Virus record (IMG/VR): IMGVR_UViG_3300025030_000105
Span: 1-62,980 of that record
Strand: one strand, 5' to 3'
Source of the DNA: a virus
Lineage: Duplodnaviria > Caudoviricetes
Length of the DNA: 62,980 nt
The stretch's first letter is position 1, and the number at the start of each line of letters is the position of its first letter. Of this stretch, positions 46,402-56,476 are shown one piece after another. A program made the position numbers and the translations under genes. A model generated the notes under the pieces. That model had not been told where the DNA came from. It saw nothing but the letters and a program-made list of their open reading frames with translations, and ran no database searches.

Positions 46402-46947
46402 TTAGCGGAACGCTACCACGCGAACAACGTCGGCTGCGGTATCGCAGATGTCGGTACCGAGAGTAACTCCTTCACCTTTTCCGAGCACGTCGTACAAGCT
46501 GACTGCGGCGGCGGCGGCGACGAATGGTTTGTCAGCGGTAGCAACAGTCGAACTGGTGATTGACAGAATACTGACGGTCTCCCCATTCACAGTGACTTTG
46601 TCGCCAACCGCGAGTTCTCCGACAAAGTTGGTACCAGAGCCGGTAATGGTAGCGGAAGCGGCAGTAACGGTAACGGTGCCGGTAACGGCTGCGCCGGCAT
46701 TGCGGCCTGCGTACAGCGTGATGGACCCTGCAGCGTTGACCGAGTTCTGTGTGTCAGCATGGTTGCCGTTGTCAAGCGAAGTGCCTGCGGCCATGCCGTA
46801 GAAATACTCGTAAGCAGCGAGGTTGTTGACGTTATAGGCTCGCACATAGCGAGGCTGCCAGCCACAAACCAAGTTCACAGCGACAGCGGGATTAGAGACG
46901 GTCACGGAAAAAACCTTCTGGACCTGATCTGCGTAGTTCAAAGACAT
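46402..46947 (-). CDS. Capsid decoration/cement-like protein
   Basis: Directly after MCP; G.QPRYV...N. Confidence 0.6.
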   Translation of the reverse strand: MSLNYADQVQKVFSVTVSNPAVAVNLVCGWQPRYVRAYNVNNLAAYEYFYGMAAGTSLDNGNHADTQNSVNAAGSITLYAGRNAGAAVTGTVTVTAASATITGSGTNFVGELAVGDKVTVNGETVSILSITSSTVATADKPFVAAAAAVSLYDVLGKGEGVTLGTDICDTAADVVRVVAFR

Positions 46948-46996
46948 TTTATATTCTCCTTATTTTAAGAGTTGGGGGCTGGAGCCCCCTTCAATT

Positions 46997-47995
46997 TTAA
47001 AGCTCTGCAGCCGCTACCTCAGCTCTGCACATCCAGAGTTGATTCAGGATGACAGCCGCGAAGTAAGTCTTCCAGCCAATCCAGCCGCGCTGGCCGAGCT
47101 GATCGCCTTCCCGAGAAGTTCCAGGGTTGACGACGAACGGGTCGAGGGCGGTCTTCCCTTTGAGCGGTGTTACCGCCGCACACTCGGCGGCGATGTAGAT
47201 GATCGGATATACGTCGGCACTGGTGCCGGTCGTGGAGATCATCGTGGTGCCGGAACCTGCTTTAAGCCCGCCGCCGTCAGCCCACGAGGTGAACACAGTA
47301 GAGGTCAGATACCGAACATCGCCGATACTGCCGATCTCAGTCGGATACGAGGACATCGAACCGTAGTCGACAACATCCTTAAAGCCGGGGATTGCTTGGA
47401 CGGTAGGTTCGAGGTCGGGATGAATAAACGCGATGAACGACGGCTTGACGGATACAGTCTCCATCTTAGCCGAGCTGCTCAGTCTTTCAGTGATGGTGGA
47501 CGCATTCTGACGCTTAAAGCCCCTCGTAATCTTCTGCTGCAGTGCTTTGGTCAGCGGAGTGTTTACATCGGTCCGCGCAGTGCCGTTAGCGAAGTACACG
47601 TTAGTGCCAGCCTTCATTACGTTGAACAACCGAGTCTCAACAGAAAGTGCCGCCTGTTTTGCGAGAATGCTGGTGTACTCTTTGATGATAGGGTCTTCGT
47701 GCGTATCGGCTACGCGGTCAGAGATACCTACCCACGCGCCGATTTGCGACAGATTTGCCTCATAGTCGGAATGCGTGATGGTGCTGGACGGAGGAGTAAC
47801 TCCCTCAGTCAGGTCTGCGATCGCTGCAGCGAGCGCCGCGTAGCGCCGAAACTTGATAGTGCTCGATGCGTTCTGCGGGATTTCATGAGTTTGCAGGAAC
47901 GGTTGCATAATAAGTGCAGGGTCAGCTCTCATAAGAAGCTTGCCAGCCACATACCCAGCCGTTCGAAGGCTAATATCACTCACTGTCATTGTCAT
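46997..47995 (-). CDS. Major capsid protein, N4-gp56 family
   Basis: TIKFRRY, LTEGVTP, EIG...VR, D.LGQRG..GWK, ILN..W..R.E. Confidence 0.92.
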   Translation of the reverse strand: MTMTVSDISLRTAGYVAGKLLMRADPALIMQPFLQTHEIPQNASSTIKFRRYAALAAAIADLTEGVTPPSSTITHSDYEANLSQIGAWVGISDRVADTHEDPIIKEYTSILAKQAALSVETRLFNVMKAGTNVYFANGTARTDVNTPLTKALQQKITRGFKRQNASTITERLSSSAKMETVSVKPSFIAFIHPDLEPTVQAIPGFKDVVDYGSMSSYPTEIGSIGDVRYLTSTVFTSWADGGGLKAGSGTTMISTTGTSADVYPIIYIAAECAAVTPLKGKTALDPFVVNPGTSREGDQLGQRGWIGWKTYFAAVILNQLWMCRAEVAAAEL

Positions 47996-48013
47996 GGGGT
48001 CATACCTCCAAAA

Positions 48014-48940
48014 TTAGGAATTTACGGCTGCGTTGAACGCCGACTCGAAGTCGTCTTCGTCAATACCGCCCTTTTGTGCTGCTTGTCGACTGCGTACTCC
48101 CTCCTGGGATTGCAGTTTTTTCTCCTTCGCAGCCTTCTGTGCAGTCTCTTCAGGAGTCGGAGTTGAAGATGGAGGCCCCTTCACACTACCATTCGTTTCC
48201 TTCTTGAAGATGTTGAACAATTCTACAATTTGCGAAGCGCTCCCCTTGTCGAGGACCGCGTTGTATGCTTCTTTCTGAAAATCTGGTAGGGTGTTGACCC
48301 ATTCCTCGACCTTCGGTACAATTTCAAATGCGTCAGCATGCCCCTTAAGGATCTCGGCCTGATGCGTGTTCTGTGCTACAACCTTGGCAGTAGCGATTGC
48401 CGGGGCGAAGTCCTGGCTAACTTGAGCGAATCGTTGCTCGATCGTTTCCTGGAAATGCGCCAACTTCTTGTTGAACGCGTTTTCCGCCTTGGCGAAGGCT
48501 ATGCGCTCAACGGCCTTCAGAGCCGCTGCGGTGTCCGGGAAGTTGGTCTCTACCTCTTTGAGGGCGGCTTGCTCCTCAGGAGTCAGTGCTTCGCGGGCAG
48601 TGGCGTCCGCTTGAAGACGTTCACCTTCCGCTTTTGCATCTGCGTCAGCTTTTACCTTTGCTTCTTGGGCAAGCCTTGTGGCTTCCACCTCTTGCGCGGC
48701 TTTAGCCGGGTCTACTTCCTGCTTGGGAGTAGGCTTTACTTCGGCCTTCGCTTCATCAGAAGTACCTTCTTCAGAAGTACCTTTTTCAGAAGTACCTTCA
48801 TCGGAAGTACCTTCTTCGGTCTTTCCTTCGTCGGGCTCGCCCTTACCAGCATCGCTGGTATCTTCTCCGCCTACGGCGACGTTGAAGGCGAGATCGAACT
48901 CGTCTTCTGTCACTCCGTTATCAATTACTTCATCTTCCAT
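48014..48940 (-). CDS. Scaffolding protein
   Basis: Acidic, helical, upstream of MCP; ends DDFESAFN. Confidence 0.75.
   Translation of the reverse strand: MEDEVIDNGVTEDEFDLAFNVAVGGEDTSDAGKGEPDEGKTEEGTSDEGTSEKGTSEEGTSDEAKAEVKPTPKQEVDPAKAAQEVEATRLAQEAKVKADADAKAEGERLQADATAREALTPEEQAALKEVETNFPDTAAALKAVERIAFAKAENAFNKKLAHFQETIEQRFAQVSQDFAPAIATAKVVAQNTHQAEILKGHADAFEIVPKVEEWVNTLPDFQKEAYNAVLDKGSASQIVELFNIFKKETNGSVKGPPSSTPTPEETAQKAAKEKKLQSQEGVRSRQAAQKGGIDEDDFESAFNAAVNS
48756..48815. repeat. 4 x 15-bp in-frame tandem repeat in the scaffold gene
   Basis: TC(A/G)GAAGTACCTTNN units encoding (E/D)(E/K)GTS. Confidence 0.9.
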
Positions 48941-48963
48941 GAACTCCTCCGAATTTTATCTGT

Positions 48964-48993
48964 AGTGTAACATCAGTATATACTGGTTGTCAA
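48964..48993 (-). promoter_or_regulatory. Late promoter for scaffold/capsid
   Basis: TTGACA-18 bp-TACACT with TGn extension, on the minus strand. Confidence 0.7.
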
Positions 48994-49178
48994 GACAATA
49001 TGTGTATCAGATCTTTACATTCCTTTGCCCTTCCTCTCATCTCTTCACTCTCGCTACTTTCAAGCTTGTCTCGATGGCGCTCGCGCCTGAGCGTAAGGAG
49101 TTCAGCGAGGAGTTGAACTCCCTCAGTACGTCTCAACAGATTGATCCTGTCCTCAATTTCGAGTTCTCGTTCTTTCAT
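48990..49178 (-). CDS. Small conserved head-module protein
   Basis: Helical; RGRA.E...L. Confidence 0.65.
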   Translation of the reverse strand: MKERELEIEDRINLLRRTEGVQLLAELLTLRRERHRDKLESSESEEMRGRAKECKDLIHILS

Positions 49179-49181
49179 TTC

Positions 49182-49532
49182 TCACCCCTCATTTGCCCGA
49201 CACGGACTCGGGTTCTCATCAAACCGCACCGCCTTGATAGTCTTCTCTCCTTGCAAAATAGCCTTCATCACTCTATGCCTTCCGTCTAAAATATCTCCAT
49301 CCTCATCGAGAATGATTGGGTACGCCAAATCTGCGTCCAGCGCTGTCTTCATGTGCATTACCAGGTCGCGCAGCGTAAGATTCTCATATCTGGTGTAGAC
49401 ACTCATGTGGTCAAGCGGCACATCCATAACGGGTAGCTTTGCTGAAAGGGCTACCAGTCTGGCAACCGAGTATTCGTTGCGCCCACTGCGGCAAACCTGT
49501 ATCTCGTACGCGGGATGCTCAGGAATTTTCAT
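49182..49532 (-). CDS. ParB/Srx-like domain protein
   Basis: ADL.YPII....G.I.DGRHR..KA. Confidence 0.75.
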   Translation of the reverse strand: MKIPEHPAYEIQVCRSGRNEYSVARLVALSAKLPVMDVPLDHMSVYTRYENLTLRDLVMHMKTALDADLAYPIILDEDGDILDGRHRVMKAILQGEKTIKAVRFDENPSPCRANEG

Positions 49533-49858
49533 TCGTCTACCTCCGGCAGCTCAACCGTTTGCCCTGCAAGTCTGTGAGTACAGTCACTGAGGAACTGAAT
49601 CTTCCCGTCCATGACGAAGGAGTGGCATATTTGGTCCGATGCACCGGGCAGACGCAAACCTGTCGCAGGGTTGCATTTCGGCCCCATGCGAACTCGTATT
49701 GACGGAGAGAACGTAGGAGCAGCCATCGACCCGTTGAACTGCCATACTGGGCCAGGCCCTGCTCCGGTCCAAACTCCGTGATGTAACTCGCAACCTGGGC
49801 AGTAGAACATGTATTCTTCTCGCCCGTTCAAATCCTCCAGCTTCTTAAGCTTTGCCAC
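49529..49858 (-). CDS. DUF6527-like metal-binding protein
   Basis: CPGC...H, W.FNG...PTFSPS, CHSFV.DG.I.FL.DCTH. Confidence 0.65.
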   Translation of the reverse strand: MAKLKKLEDLNGREEYMFYCPGCELHHGVWTGAGPGPVWQFNGSMAAPTFSPSIRVRMGPKCNPATGLRLPGASDQICHSFVMDGKIQFLSDCTHRLAGQTVELPEVDE

Positions 49859-51953
49859 TCTTCTCCCCCTTGGGCTTCGCCCCTTCCTTCTTCTCGCTGA
49901 CCGTAGTCAGCAGTACCTTCAGGTTCTCCAACTGGTTCTTGTCCTTCGCCGACTTGGCGTTCGCCAGATTCTGCTCGACCCTAGACAGGATCTCCTGAAT
50001 CGTCGCATCTGCCGACGCCTGCAGCATCTGCACGTCCATCTGCTTCTTCGCGGCTGAGGCCGACACATCCTCGGTCTTGGCCTGGGTAAGCCCCTGCTCG
50101 ACCTGCGAAGCTTGCGCTGCAGCCTGTTTCAGTCCCTCCAGGATTTGCTTGGCTTCGTCTTCTGGGAGAACCCTGTCTACAGGGAGATCCCTCGCCTTTA
50201 AGCGATCGATCAGTAATCCATGCGTGTCGAGAATTGCTCTCTCCTCCGGCGTGAGTGTCATAACGAACTGGTCAAGGGCTGCGCCCCTAACCTCCTTCGC
50301 GACGAGCGACAGGTTGCCTTTGGCGACGACTTGGTAGTCGCCCTTCAGTTCTTCGTTTGGATTGAACTCCATATTCCATGCGAGGAGCGAAGTAAGCAAG
50401 GATGTAGTGAACTTGTCGAACGCACGGACGGTGTCTTTCGTCACCATATTGGCAGAGCCGGTCATCATCGACATGTTGCTCGTCGTCCGGAAGGCTTCGC
50501 CGAGCGGCTGGTTCTGCATGGCACCCATAGTGTAGGCCGGCAAGTTGCTGGCAACGTCGAGCTGCTGTCTCTGCATCTCCAGGAGACTGATAAGCTCGGG
50601 GATGTGGGACTGCGTAACGATGTCTCGTACTGCAGGGTACTGAGCCTCTGGGCCATCGCCCTCTCTGGTGATCGTCATGAACGAATGAATCGGGCCGATG
50701 CTCTTGCGCCCCCTCGGGAGAAGACTTTCGTTCACTTCGTAGATTGGGCCGGCGCAGGCCGAGGCGTTGTCCATAAGCATTCTGCTCGTAGCGCAGATCG
50801 ACATCTGAGAGTCGCGAATCTCTTCCGGCAGGCCGACGCCGGTAAGCCCGGAGTCCTCGTCCTCAGTGTAGATAAACGCATGATACTGGTCGGACGGTCG
50901 CTCGCCGAAGGCGGCTTTCTCCGCCTTGATAACTACGTCGTCGATTATCCAGACATCCGCGAGGATGTCCTCGTCAAGCTCATCGTCGCTTACTTCGACT
51001 CCGACGGATTGAAGCGTATGCGCCGAGACGAACATCAGCCCCCGGTATACTTCGTACCTCCGGGCCTGCCTGTTGGCGAGATTTGAGGTCTTGGCAATGT
51101 CGTGCAGATCGGCCTCGTATGCCTTGGCGACGTAGTTGCCTTCCGCATGGTCTTTCAAATACTCCTTGATTATCTTGGCCTCAAAATCAGATCGTTTGGT
51201 GAGGGCACGGAAGTCATGCCGAAGGAAGATAATCCTCTCGAAGAATGCGTCCTGATCGGTCCACGCTCTGGCCGAGAGGTCAGGGTAGGCATCCCAGATG
51301 CGAACGTACTCCGGGTATGGCCGACGAAGAGTTTTCGTTTTCGCAACATACTGGCCCATCTCGTCGGCGGTCCACACTCGCTCGGCCTGTGTTCTGACCA
51401 TAGGGCTGCGGGCGATGCCGAAGCCGTACAGGTAGCCACTGCGAACTACTTTCTTGCAAAGCTGAGGATAGTCAATCCCCGGATCGGCCAACTGGTCGGC
51501 GATCTCGGTCTCCATCTTCTCCTTACGTTTCTCAGCGAAGGTTCGGACTTCCCGCTCGATGGCGTCGCTAGTAATCGGCGCTGCCGATCGCTGCTCCTCT
51601 TGGGCGAGCATGAGTTCCTGCTGCTGAAGGGTATTGATAATGCCTTGTAGGGCAGACTGAGGGATTGAGGGAGATGGAGAGACTGACAGGCCCCAGTTCT
51701 TGTCCTGGGATGGGAACATCATCTCCATCATCTTCGCGACGCCGCCCTTAACCTTGATGCGGGTATCTTCAGGATACACATGCGATCGCTCATCTGGGAT
51801 GCGGGCAAGCACGTCAGGGTCGTATTTCCTTAAATATTGCCGGAGGTTCTTCATCCACTGGACTTCGAGGAGGACCCGGTCCTTGATATGCTGATCGAGG
51901 ACTCCTTTGGCGTGGGTCCCAAGTTTCTTCAGTTCTTCGTAATTTGTGAGCAT
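49845..51953 (-). CDS. Portal protein
   Basis: 702 aa directly after terminase; G.GLPE.IRD.Q...R...DN, RT.S.MSM motifs; coiled-coil C-terminus. Confidence 0.85.
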   Translation of the reverse strand: MLTNYEELKKLGTHAKGVLDQHIKDRVLLEVQWMKNLRQYLRKYDPDVLARIPDERSHVYPEDTRIKVKGGVAKMMEMMFPSQDKNWGLSVSPSPSIPQSALQGIINTLQQQELMLAQEEQRSAAPITSDAIEREVRTFAEKRKEKMETEIADQLADPGIDYPQLCKKVVRSGYLYGFGIARSPMVRTQAERVWTADEMGQYVAKTKTLRRPYPEYVRIWDAYPDLSARAWTDQDAFFERIIFLRHDFRALTKRSDFEAKIIKEYLKDHAEGNYVAKAYEADLHDIAKTSNLANRQARRYEVYRGLMFVSAHTLQSVGVEVSDDELDEDILADVWIIDDVVIKAEKAAFGERPSDQYHAFIYTEDEDSGLTGVGLPEEIRDSQMSICATSRMLMDNASACAGPIYEVNESLLPRGRKSIGPIHSFMTITREGDGPEAQYPAVRDIVTQSHIPELISLLEMQRQQLDVASNLPAYTMGAMQNQPLGEAFRTTSNMSMMTGSANMVTKDTVRAFDKFTTSLLTSLLAWNMEFNPNEELKGDYQVVAKGNLSLVAKEVRGAALDQFVMTLTPEERAILDTHGLLIDRLKARDLPVDRVLPEDEAKQILEGLKQAAAQASQVEQGLTQAKTEDVSASAAKKQMDVQMLQASADATIQEILSRVEQNLANAKSAKDKNQLENLKVLLTTVSEKKEGAKPKGEKSGKA

Positions 51954-53423
51954 TTAATATCCTTCGCGTTGGGCCGGAACGTATGGCTTGGATGAGTTAA
52001 AAATTGAGTTATGTTGGTACACGACGTAGTCAGCGGGGTCGTACTTCCGGCTGGACAGGAACATCACACCGTACTGCCCGCCCTCAACGAGATGCGAGCA
52101 AGGGTGGGTCTTATCTGGTTTATCGTCGTAAAGGTCGGCGACGGAGACCTTCAATTTCCGGTATTTGTAGTCTGTCTGCATCGCCCGGATGAAGCTCTTG
52201 CAGGAGGGGTCAATGAGCACAAGCGGTCGGCAATCTGGGTACTCTCCGAAGACATCATCAAGTGCCTTTATCCTCACATCTGGGTCGTTAGTAGGTGCAG
52301 GTTTCGCAAGTATTCCCGCCTCTTTGAACTCTTTGAAACATGTGCCCTCGTCGGAGTCGGCTCGCCGAACGCCGGCAGGGTCGCCGACAACTACTATCTC
52401 GTTCGTTGGGAATGCAGTCTTCCGCATCGGGTTGAACCTGCTCTTTATATACCGCTTAGTCCCCATGTCGAACGCTGGGGTTTCCCGGAGGATATGTATC
52501 CTGCCATCGTGCTGCATCTGCATCCACAAACCTGCAGGGGTAAGGCCAAAGTCTTGCCCGACTATTACCGGAAGGTCTGGATCAATGTAAAGCGGTGTCT
52601 TCGACACATGCCGGTCGTAGCGGAACGAATCCCAGTATACCGGCTTGCCTGCTTGGGAGAGTGCATACCTTGCACGGATGAAGACGTTTATATATGCCTT
52701 ACTCCGGCCCTTGGCTTTGCGATCGTAATACCCTGGAGCGAGGTTATTCTTGTTCTCCGCCTCCGGCGAAAGAGCATCCGGCTGCTTGAATGTGTCACAC
52801 GCAACCAGCGTGTCGGGATCGTCGTCCTCAAGCGGTGCGTGCTCGAATATGCGCCACCAGTAAGACCCAAGCTGCGGCGGGTTCGTATCCGCGATCATAA
52901 GCCAGTAGTCGGATCCACCCATTTTCTGCGAAGGATATCGTTCGAGACGACCTTGCAGACCTTCTACGATTTCCTGAACAATTTCACGACATTCGTTAAG
53001 CCAGCACCCGGTTAATTCAAGCGAAAGGACCTTCGCGACATCAGCCGGCTTATCCAATGCACGGAACAAAATCTCGGCTCTAACATCCCCGTAATGGATG
53101 AAATACGTCGCAGCAGTCTCCCGCCAGTAGCCTATCCCCTCTCCAGGTTTGCCGCTGTCTGGGAACCAGTCGAACCAAGTCTTGAGCGTGGTATCTTGCA
53201 ATTCGCCTTTGGTATTCCTGACTACGACCCATCGCGAACGCCTAAGTCCGTCCGTTCCAACCCTCTGCTCCTTGCATCTTCTGAATATCTCGACACAGCA
53301 CGCAACTGACTTGCCGCCGCCGATCGGGCCGAGGATCGCCCTGAAATCAGCGTTCGAGCGATGAAACGCGGCCAGCGTTGGCGCTGATTCGCGGACATCA
53401 TATATGAGGTCGAAGATGTTCAT
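51954..53423 (-). CDS. terL: Terminase large subunit
   Basis: Walker A GPIGGGKS, Walker B WLNE, DTNPP, nuclease GQDFGLTPA, GDPAG, SH. Confidence 0.93.
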   Translation of the reverse strand: MNIFDLIYDVRESAPTLAAFHRSNADFRAILGPIGGGKSVACCVEIFRRCKEQRVGTDGLRRSRWVVVRNTKGELQDTTLKTWFDWFPDSGKPGEGIGYWRETAATYFIHYGDVRAEILFRALDKPADVAKVLSLELTGCWLNECREIVQEIVEGLQGRLERYPSQKMGGSDYWLMIADTNPPQLGSYWWRIFEHAPLEDDDPDTLVACDTFKQPDALSPEAENKNNLAPGYYDRKAKGRSKAYINVFIRARYALSQAGKPVYWDSFRYDRHVSKTPLYIDPDLPVIVGQDFGLTPAGLWMQMQHDGRIHILRETPAFDMGTKRYIKSRFNPMRKTAFPTNEIVVVGDPAGVRRADSDEGTCFKEFKEAGILAKPAPTNDPDVRIKALDDVFGEYPDCRPLVLIDPSCKSFIRAMQTDYKYRKLKVSVADLYDDKPDKTHPCSHLVEGGQYGVMFLSSRKYDPADYVVYQHNSIFNSSKPYVPAQREGY

Positions 53424-54388
53424 CAAGTATAAAAAGGATACCAAGTAACGTTGAACTTACTAACTCCCTTCTTTGCAACATGTATATCTATTATACAGAA
53501 TCCTACGTGCGCCGCTAGTCTTTTCCCACGCATCCACGAAGTCTGGCTCTGCAGGCAGCCGGCTGAGACGCAGTAAACGTTCCTTTCGAAGATGTTGACA
53601 TACTTGTGAACGTGTCCTGTTATCAGGACGTTCGGCTTCTCGCCGCCGGTAAATGACTCTAATATCTTTTGAAGTCGGTAACTTAAGGCATAACTCGAAG
53701 AATCTTCACCGTGCCACAACTTCAGTACCGCTCTCCCATCAAGAGAGATATCTCCCTCGTCGTGGCCGAGGAAATGGAAATTTTCTAAGGACGCCTCAAT
53801 GTCCTTGACAATGAGCGCTCCATTCGATTTTAGGAACCATCGGTCGTGATTCCCATCAATCGCATAAATATCTGTATCAGCCCACTGAGCGAAGCAGTCA
53901 ATCGCTTCGTGCTTCTGGGCGTCGTAGCCAAGAAAGTCAAGTTCGTAAATCTGCCCTGGTCGGTGACTCATGCCTTCGGTCACATCACCTGAATGCGTAA
54001 TGAAGTCAACCTGCTCTTTCTTAAACTCGTCGAAGGCTTGCATTAGCCTGGCCCTAGAGGAGCACATGTGGCCGATGTGTGTATCGGTGATACAGCCAAT
54101 CCTGATGTGCGTCCCAGAGAAGGAGACGATCGGCACCTTGCCGGCACCTGGGACAAGCCTGCCACCTTTGGCGATAGCTTGTAATTCGGTATCTGAGAAC
54201 CTCGTCGCGATTTCTTCCAGCCAGTGCGACTTCTCAGGGATGGTTATCCCTTTCTCCTGCTTCACCATCCTTGTATATCGGTTGAAAGTCTCGTCGGATA
54301 TTCCTAAGTCTTTCTTGGCCTTATCTGGCCCATGCTCTGTCGCGTATGCGACTACTTGCGTTGCTCTACCTATCGCTTTTTGGCCCAT
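53423..54388 (-). CDS. Calcineurin-like metallophosphoesterase with N-terminal HTH-like region
   Basis: DTHIG, GDVTEG, GNHD, H, GHVH. Confidence 0.9.
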   Translation of the reverse strand: MGQKAIGRATQVVAYATEHGPDKAKKDLGISDETFNRYTRMVKQEKGITIPEKSHWLEEIATRFSDTELQAIAKGGRLVPGAGKVPIVSFSGTHIRIGCITDTHIGHMCSSRARLMQAFDEFKKEQVDFITHSGDVTEGMSHRPGQIYELDFLGYDAQKHEAIDCFAQWADTDIYAIDGNHDRWFLKSNGALIVKDIEASLENFHFLGHDEGDISLDGRAVLKLWHGEDSSSYALSYRLQKILESFTGGEKPNVLITGHVHKYVNIFERNVYCVSAGCLQSQTSWMRGKRLAAHVGFCIIDIHVAKKGVSKFNVTWYPFYT

Positions 54389-54391
54389 CTG

Positions 54392-55339
54392 TCACTCCTC
54401 TTGGAAGAACACTCTGGCGAACTGCTGCAACTCCTTACTACCGGTGAAAGTCCGGGTGTGCCCCGCACCAGGAAATGTAACAAAGTGTTTCTCTGACGAC
54501 CTTGATTTCTCAATCAGTCCCCGAGCTTGCTCGACTGAGGTGATGTCATCGTCTTCTCCAGCAAAAACGAAGACGGGACAGATAATATTGCTGAGGTCGA
54601 CAATGGCACCATCAACGCTCCATGTTCCGGCATACAGTCCGTTACCGCAGAAATGGTTCTCAAGAGCGTCCAAGAACCACACGCCGGCCAAGTCGTTGGG
54701 GCTGTCATACCATCCATTTTGTTTCTCCCATTTGTCAATGTCCTTGCTCCGCCCGTTCACTACGTGCGAGAGAAGGTCGAGATAGCGTCCAAAGAATATC
54801 TGCTCGGGGGCGCCCATGGCGAAGGCCATCCACTGCGCCATCCCTGGCTGAATGCCGTTGTTCAGGCCAACAAAGAGTCGGTGGGCTGGCAACGAGATGG
54901 TCTTGCAATACTCCTCGATCCGGTTCTTGCTGCCTGAGTGGGTGTTGATCGGTGCGGCGAAAACGGCGAGGCGATTCACCTGGCTCGGGTGCAGGGCAGT
55001 GAACATGGCCGAGAGCCACCCGCCTTGGCAGCACCCTATAAGGTCGACAGTCTCAGCTCCAGTCTCGCCGTAAATCATGTCGCAGCACTCGCCCAATATG
55101 TGTACCAGCCCTGAGATGCTGAGGTTCTTCGTCTCCTGAGTAGCTGACTTCAGCTCATAAGCATAGGTAGGCCGCCCTGCAGCTGCACACTTGTCGATAA
55201 GGTTTTGAGTAACGGTGCCGTCCCTGCCGGCAAAAGGGGGAACGACGAAGCATGGAGTACCTTCCCCTTCATTGAACCTGTTTAAGGAGAAGTAAGAGTC
55301 CTCGAATACCTTGGTATTGCCCCGATATTCTTGTCTCAT
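54392..55339 (-). CDS. Cys-nucleophile alpha/beta hydrolase, PHA synthase/depolymerase-like
   Basis: PP.AG, LIGCCQGGW, API, DL..I.CP....G..DDI, GH triad layout. Confidence 0.78.
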   Translation of the reverse strand: MRQEYRGNTKVFEDSYFSLNRFNEGEGTPCFVVPPFAGRDGTVTQNLIDKCAAAGRPTYAYELKSATQETKNLSISGLVHILGECCDMIYGETGAETVDLIGCCQGGWLSAMFTALHPSQVNRLAVFAAPINTHSGSKNRIEEYCKTISLPAHRLFVGLNNGIQPGMAQWMAFAMGAPEQIFFGRYLDLLSHVVNGRSKDIDKWEKQNGWYDSPNDLAGVWFLDALENHFCGNGLYAGTWSVDGAIVDLSNIICPVFVFAGEDDDITSVEQARGLIEKSRSSEKHFVTFPGAGHTRTFTGSKELQQFARVFFQEE

Positions 55340-55689
55340 AGCGGAGCCATTCGGTACCTGGGTCCAGTTCTTGTGTCTACGTGGACGAATGTTTTGTAGC
55401 GGATAAGCCCTAGTTGTTTAGGGTACCGACCCTCGACAAACTCGTATATCCTGCTCGGCTGCACGCCAGAAATGTGGATATCGGCTGCGCGGCCCTTGAG
55501 ATGGTACGAATGGGGTTTGCCTCCGACAGCCGCGTTGTGATGCTCACATCGACAAGCTGAGTTGACTATTACTGGAAGATTGAAATACTCCCGGATCGCC
55601 GTCAGAACATCGACAAGCTGTGCATCGACGGTATCGAACCCGCACCCGCACTGACAGGCAAACTCACTTCGCTTGAAGTACTCGTTCAT
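55336..55689 (-). CDS. Peptidase M15A endolysin
   Basis: EFACQCGCG, S..RC..HN..VGG...S.HL.G.AADI, FVHVD. Confidence 0.9.
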   Translation of the reverse strand: MNEYFKRSEFACQCGCGFDTVDAQLVDVLTAIREYFNLPVIVNSACRCEHHNAAVGGKPHSYHLKGRAADIHISGVQPSRIYEFVEGRYPKQLGLIRYKTFVHVDTRTGPRYRMAPL

Positions 55690-55829
55690 CCGCTTCCTCC
55701 TGCGCGATTTTAAGGCATCGCCGGTACGCCTTGGCCTCCGCCGCAGTATCTACTCCGGCAGGGATGATTACTCCTGCCGCGTCGCGGATCGGCACGCGCA
55801 CAGCGCAATCAAGTAATTTCTGAATCTGT

Positions 55830-56093
55830 TCAATGGCGCTCATTCTTCATCTCCAGTAGGATGTTTTCAAGCCTGGTAAGACTGCCTTTGATCTCTCGAA
55901 ACTGCTCATTCCCCATAGTAAACTGCAGGTCGGTACGTTCCTTAATTTCCTGCCGACGCTCGCCACAGCGTTCGTTGGTAACGAACTTGCCGCTTTTCAG
56001 GTCCTCGACATCTCGTTGGACCTTGCCGATCCACATGGCTCCCGCGAGGAGTGCGGTAATTATGGCCCACCAGTCTTTTACCCAGTCCATCAC
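55830..56093 (-). CDS. Single-TM coiled-coil protein (holin/antiholin-like)
   Basis: N-terminal TM segment followed by coiled coil; lysis region. Confidence 0.55.
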   Translation of the reverse strand: MMDWVKDWWAIITALLAGAMWIGKVQRDVEDLKSGKFVTNERCGERRQEIKERTDLQFTMGNEQFREIKGSLTRLENILLEMKNERH

Positions 56094-56476
56094 TTGTCTC
56101 CAGGTTCCTGAAACGTTTTCGGGGAGTTCTTGCCGACCCAGAAGTGCGGAGCGCCAAAGTCTCGAACGGCTTCGTAGTAATGAAGCGCTAGTCTACGCCT
56201 GATCGCTCTAGTTAGCCAGTTTGCTGACTCCGCTTCAACGATTCTAAGCATGTTGTTAAGGAACACTCGGTCGGCTTCTTCCCGGCTTGCTTCGGCTGCT
56301 TCGCCAGCCCAGTACATCCAGTCGTGAACATTGCACGCTTCCGCTATACTTACTCCGAAGAGTTTTTCCGGAACAAGATCCCCTTTCCACCCAGGTGTTC
56401 CGCACCCATTTACGATCTTCACTAGGATGGCTGCCGGCGTTATCCAGTATTCCTCAGGGGCATATAACTTGAGCAT
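56090..56476 (-). CDS. Phospholipase A2-like protein
   Basis: NGCG...AC.VHDW.Y...EAD..F..N...Y..AVR.FG. Confidence 0.65.
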   Translation of the reverse strand: MLKLYAPEEYWITPAAILVKIVNGCGTPGWKGDLVPEKLFGVSIAEACNVHDWMYWAGEAAEASREEADRVFLNNMLRIVEAESANWLTRAIRRRLALHYYEAVRDFGAPHFWVGKNSPKTFQEPGDK

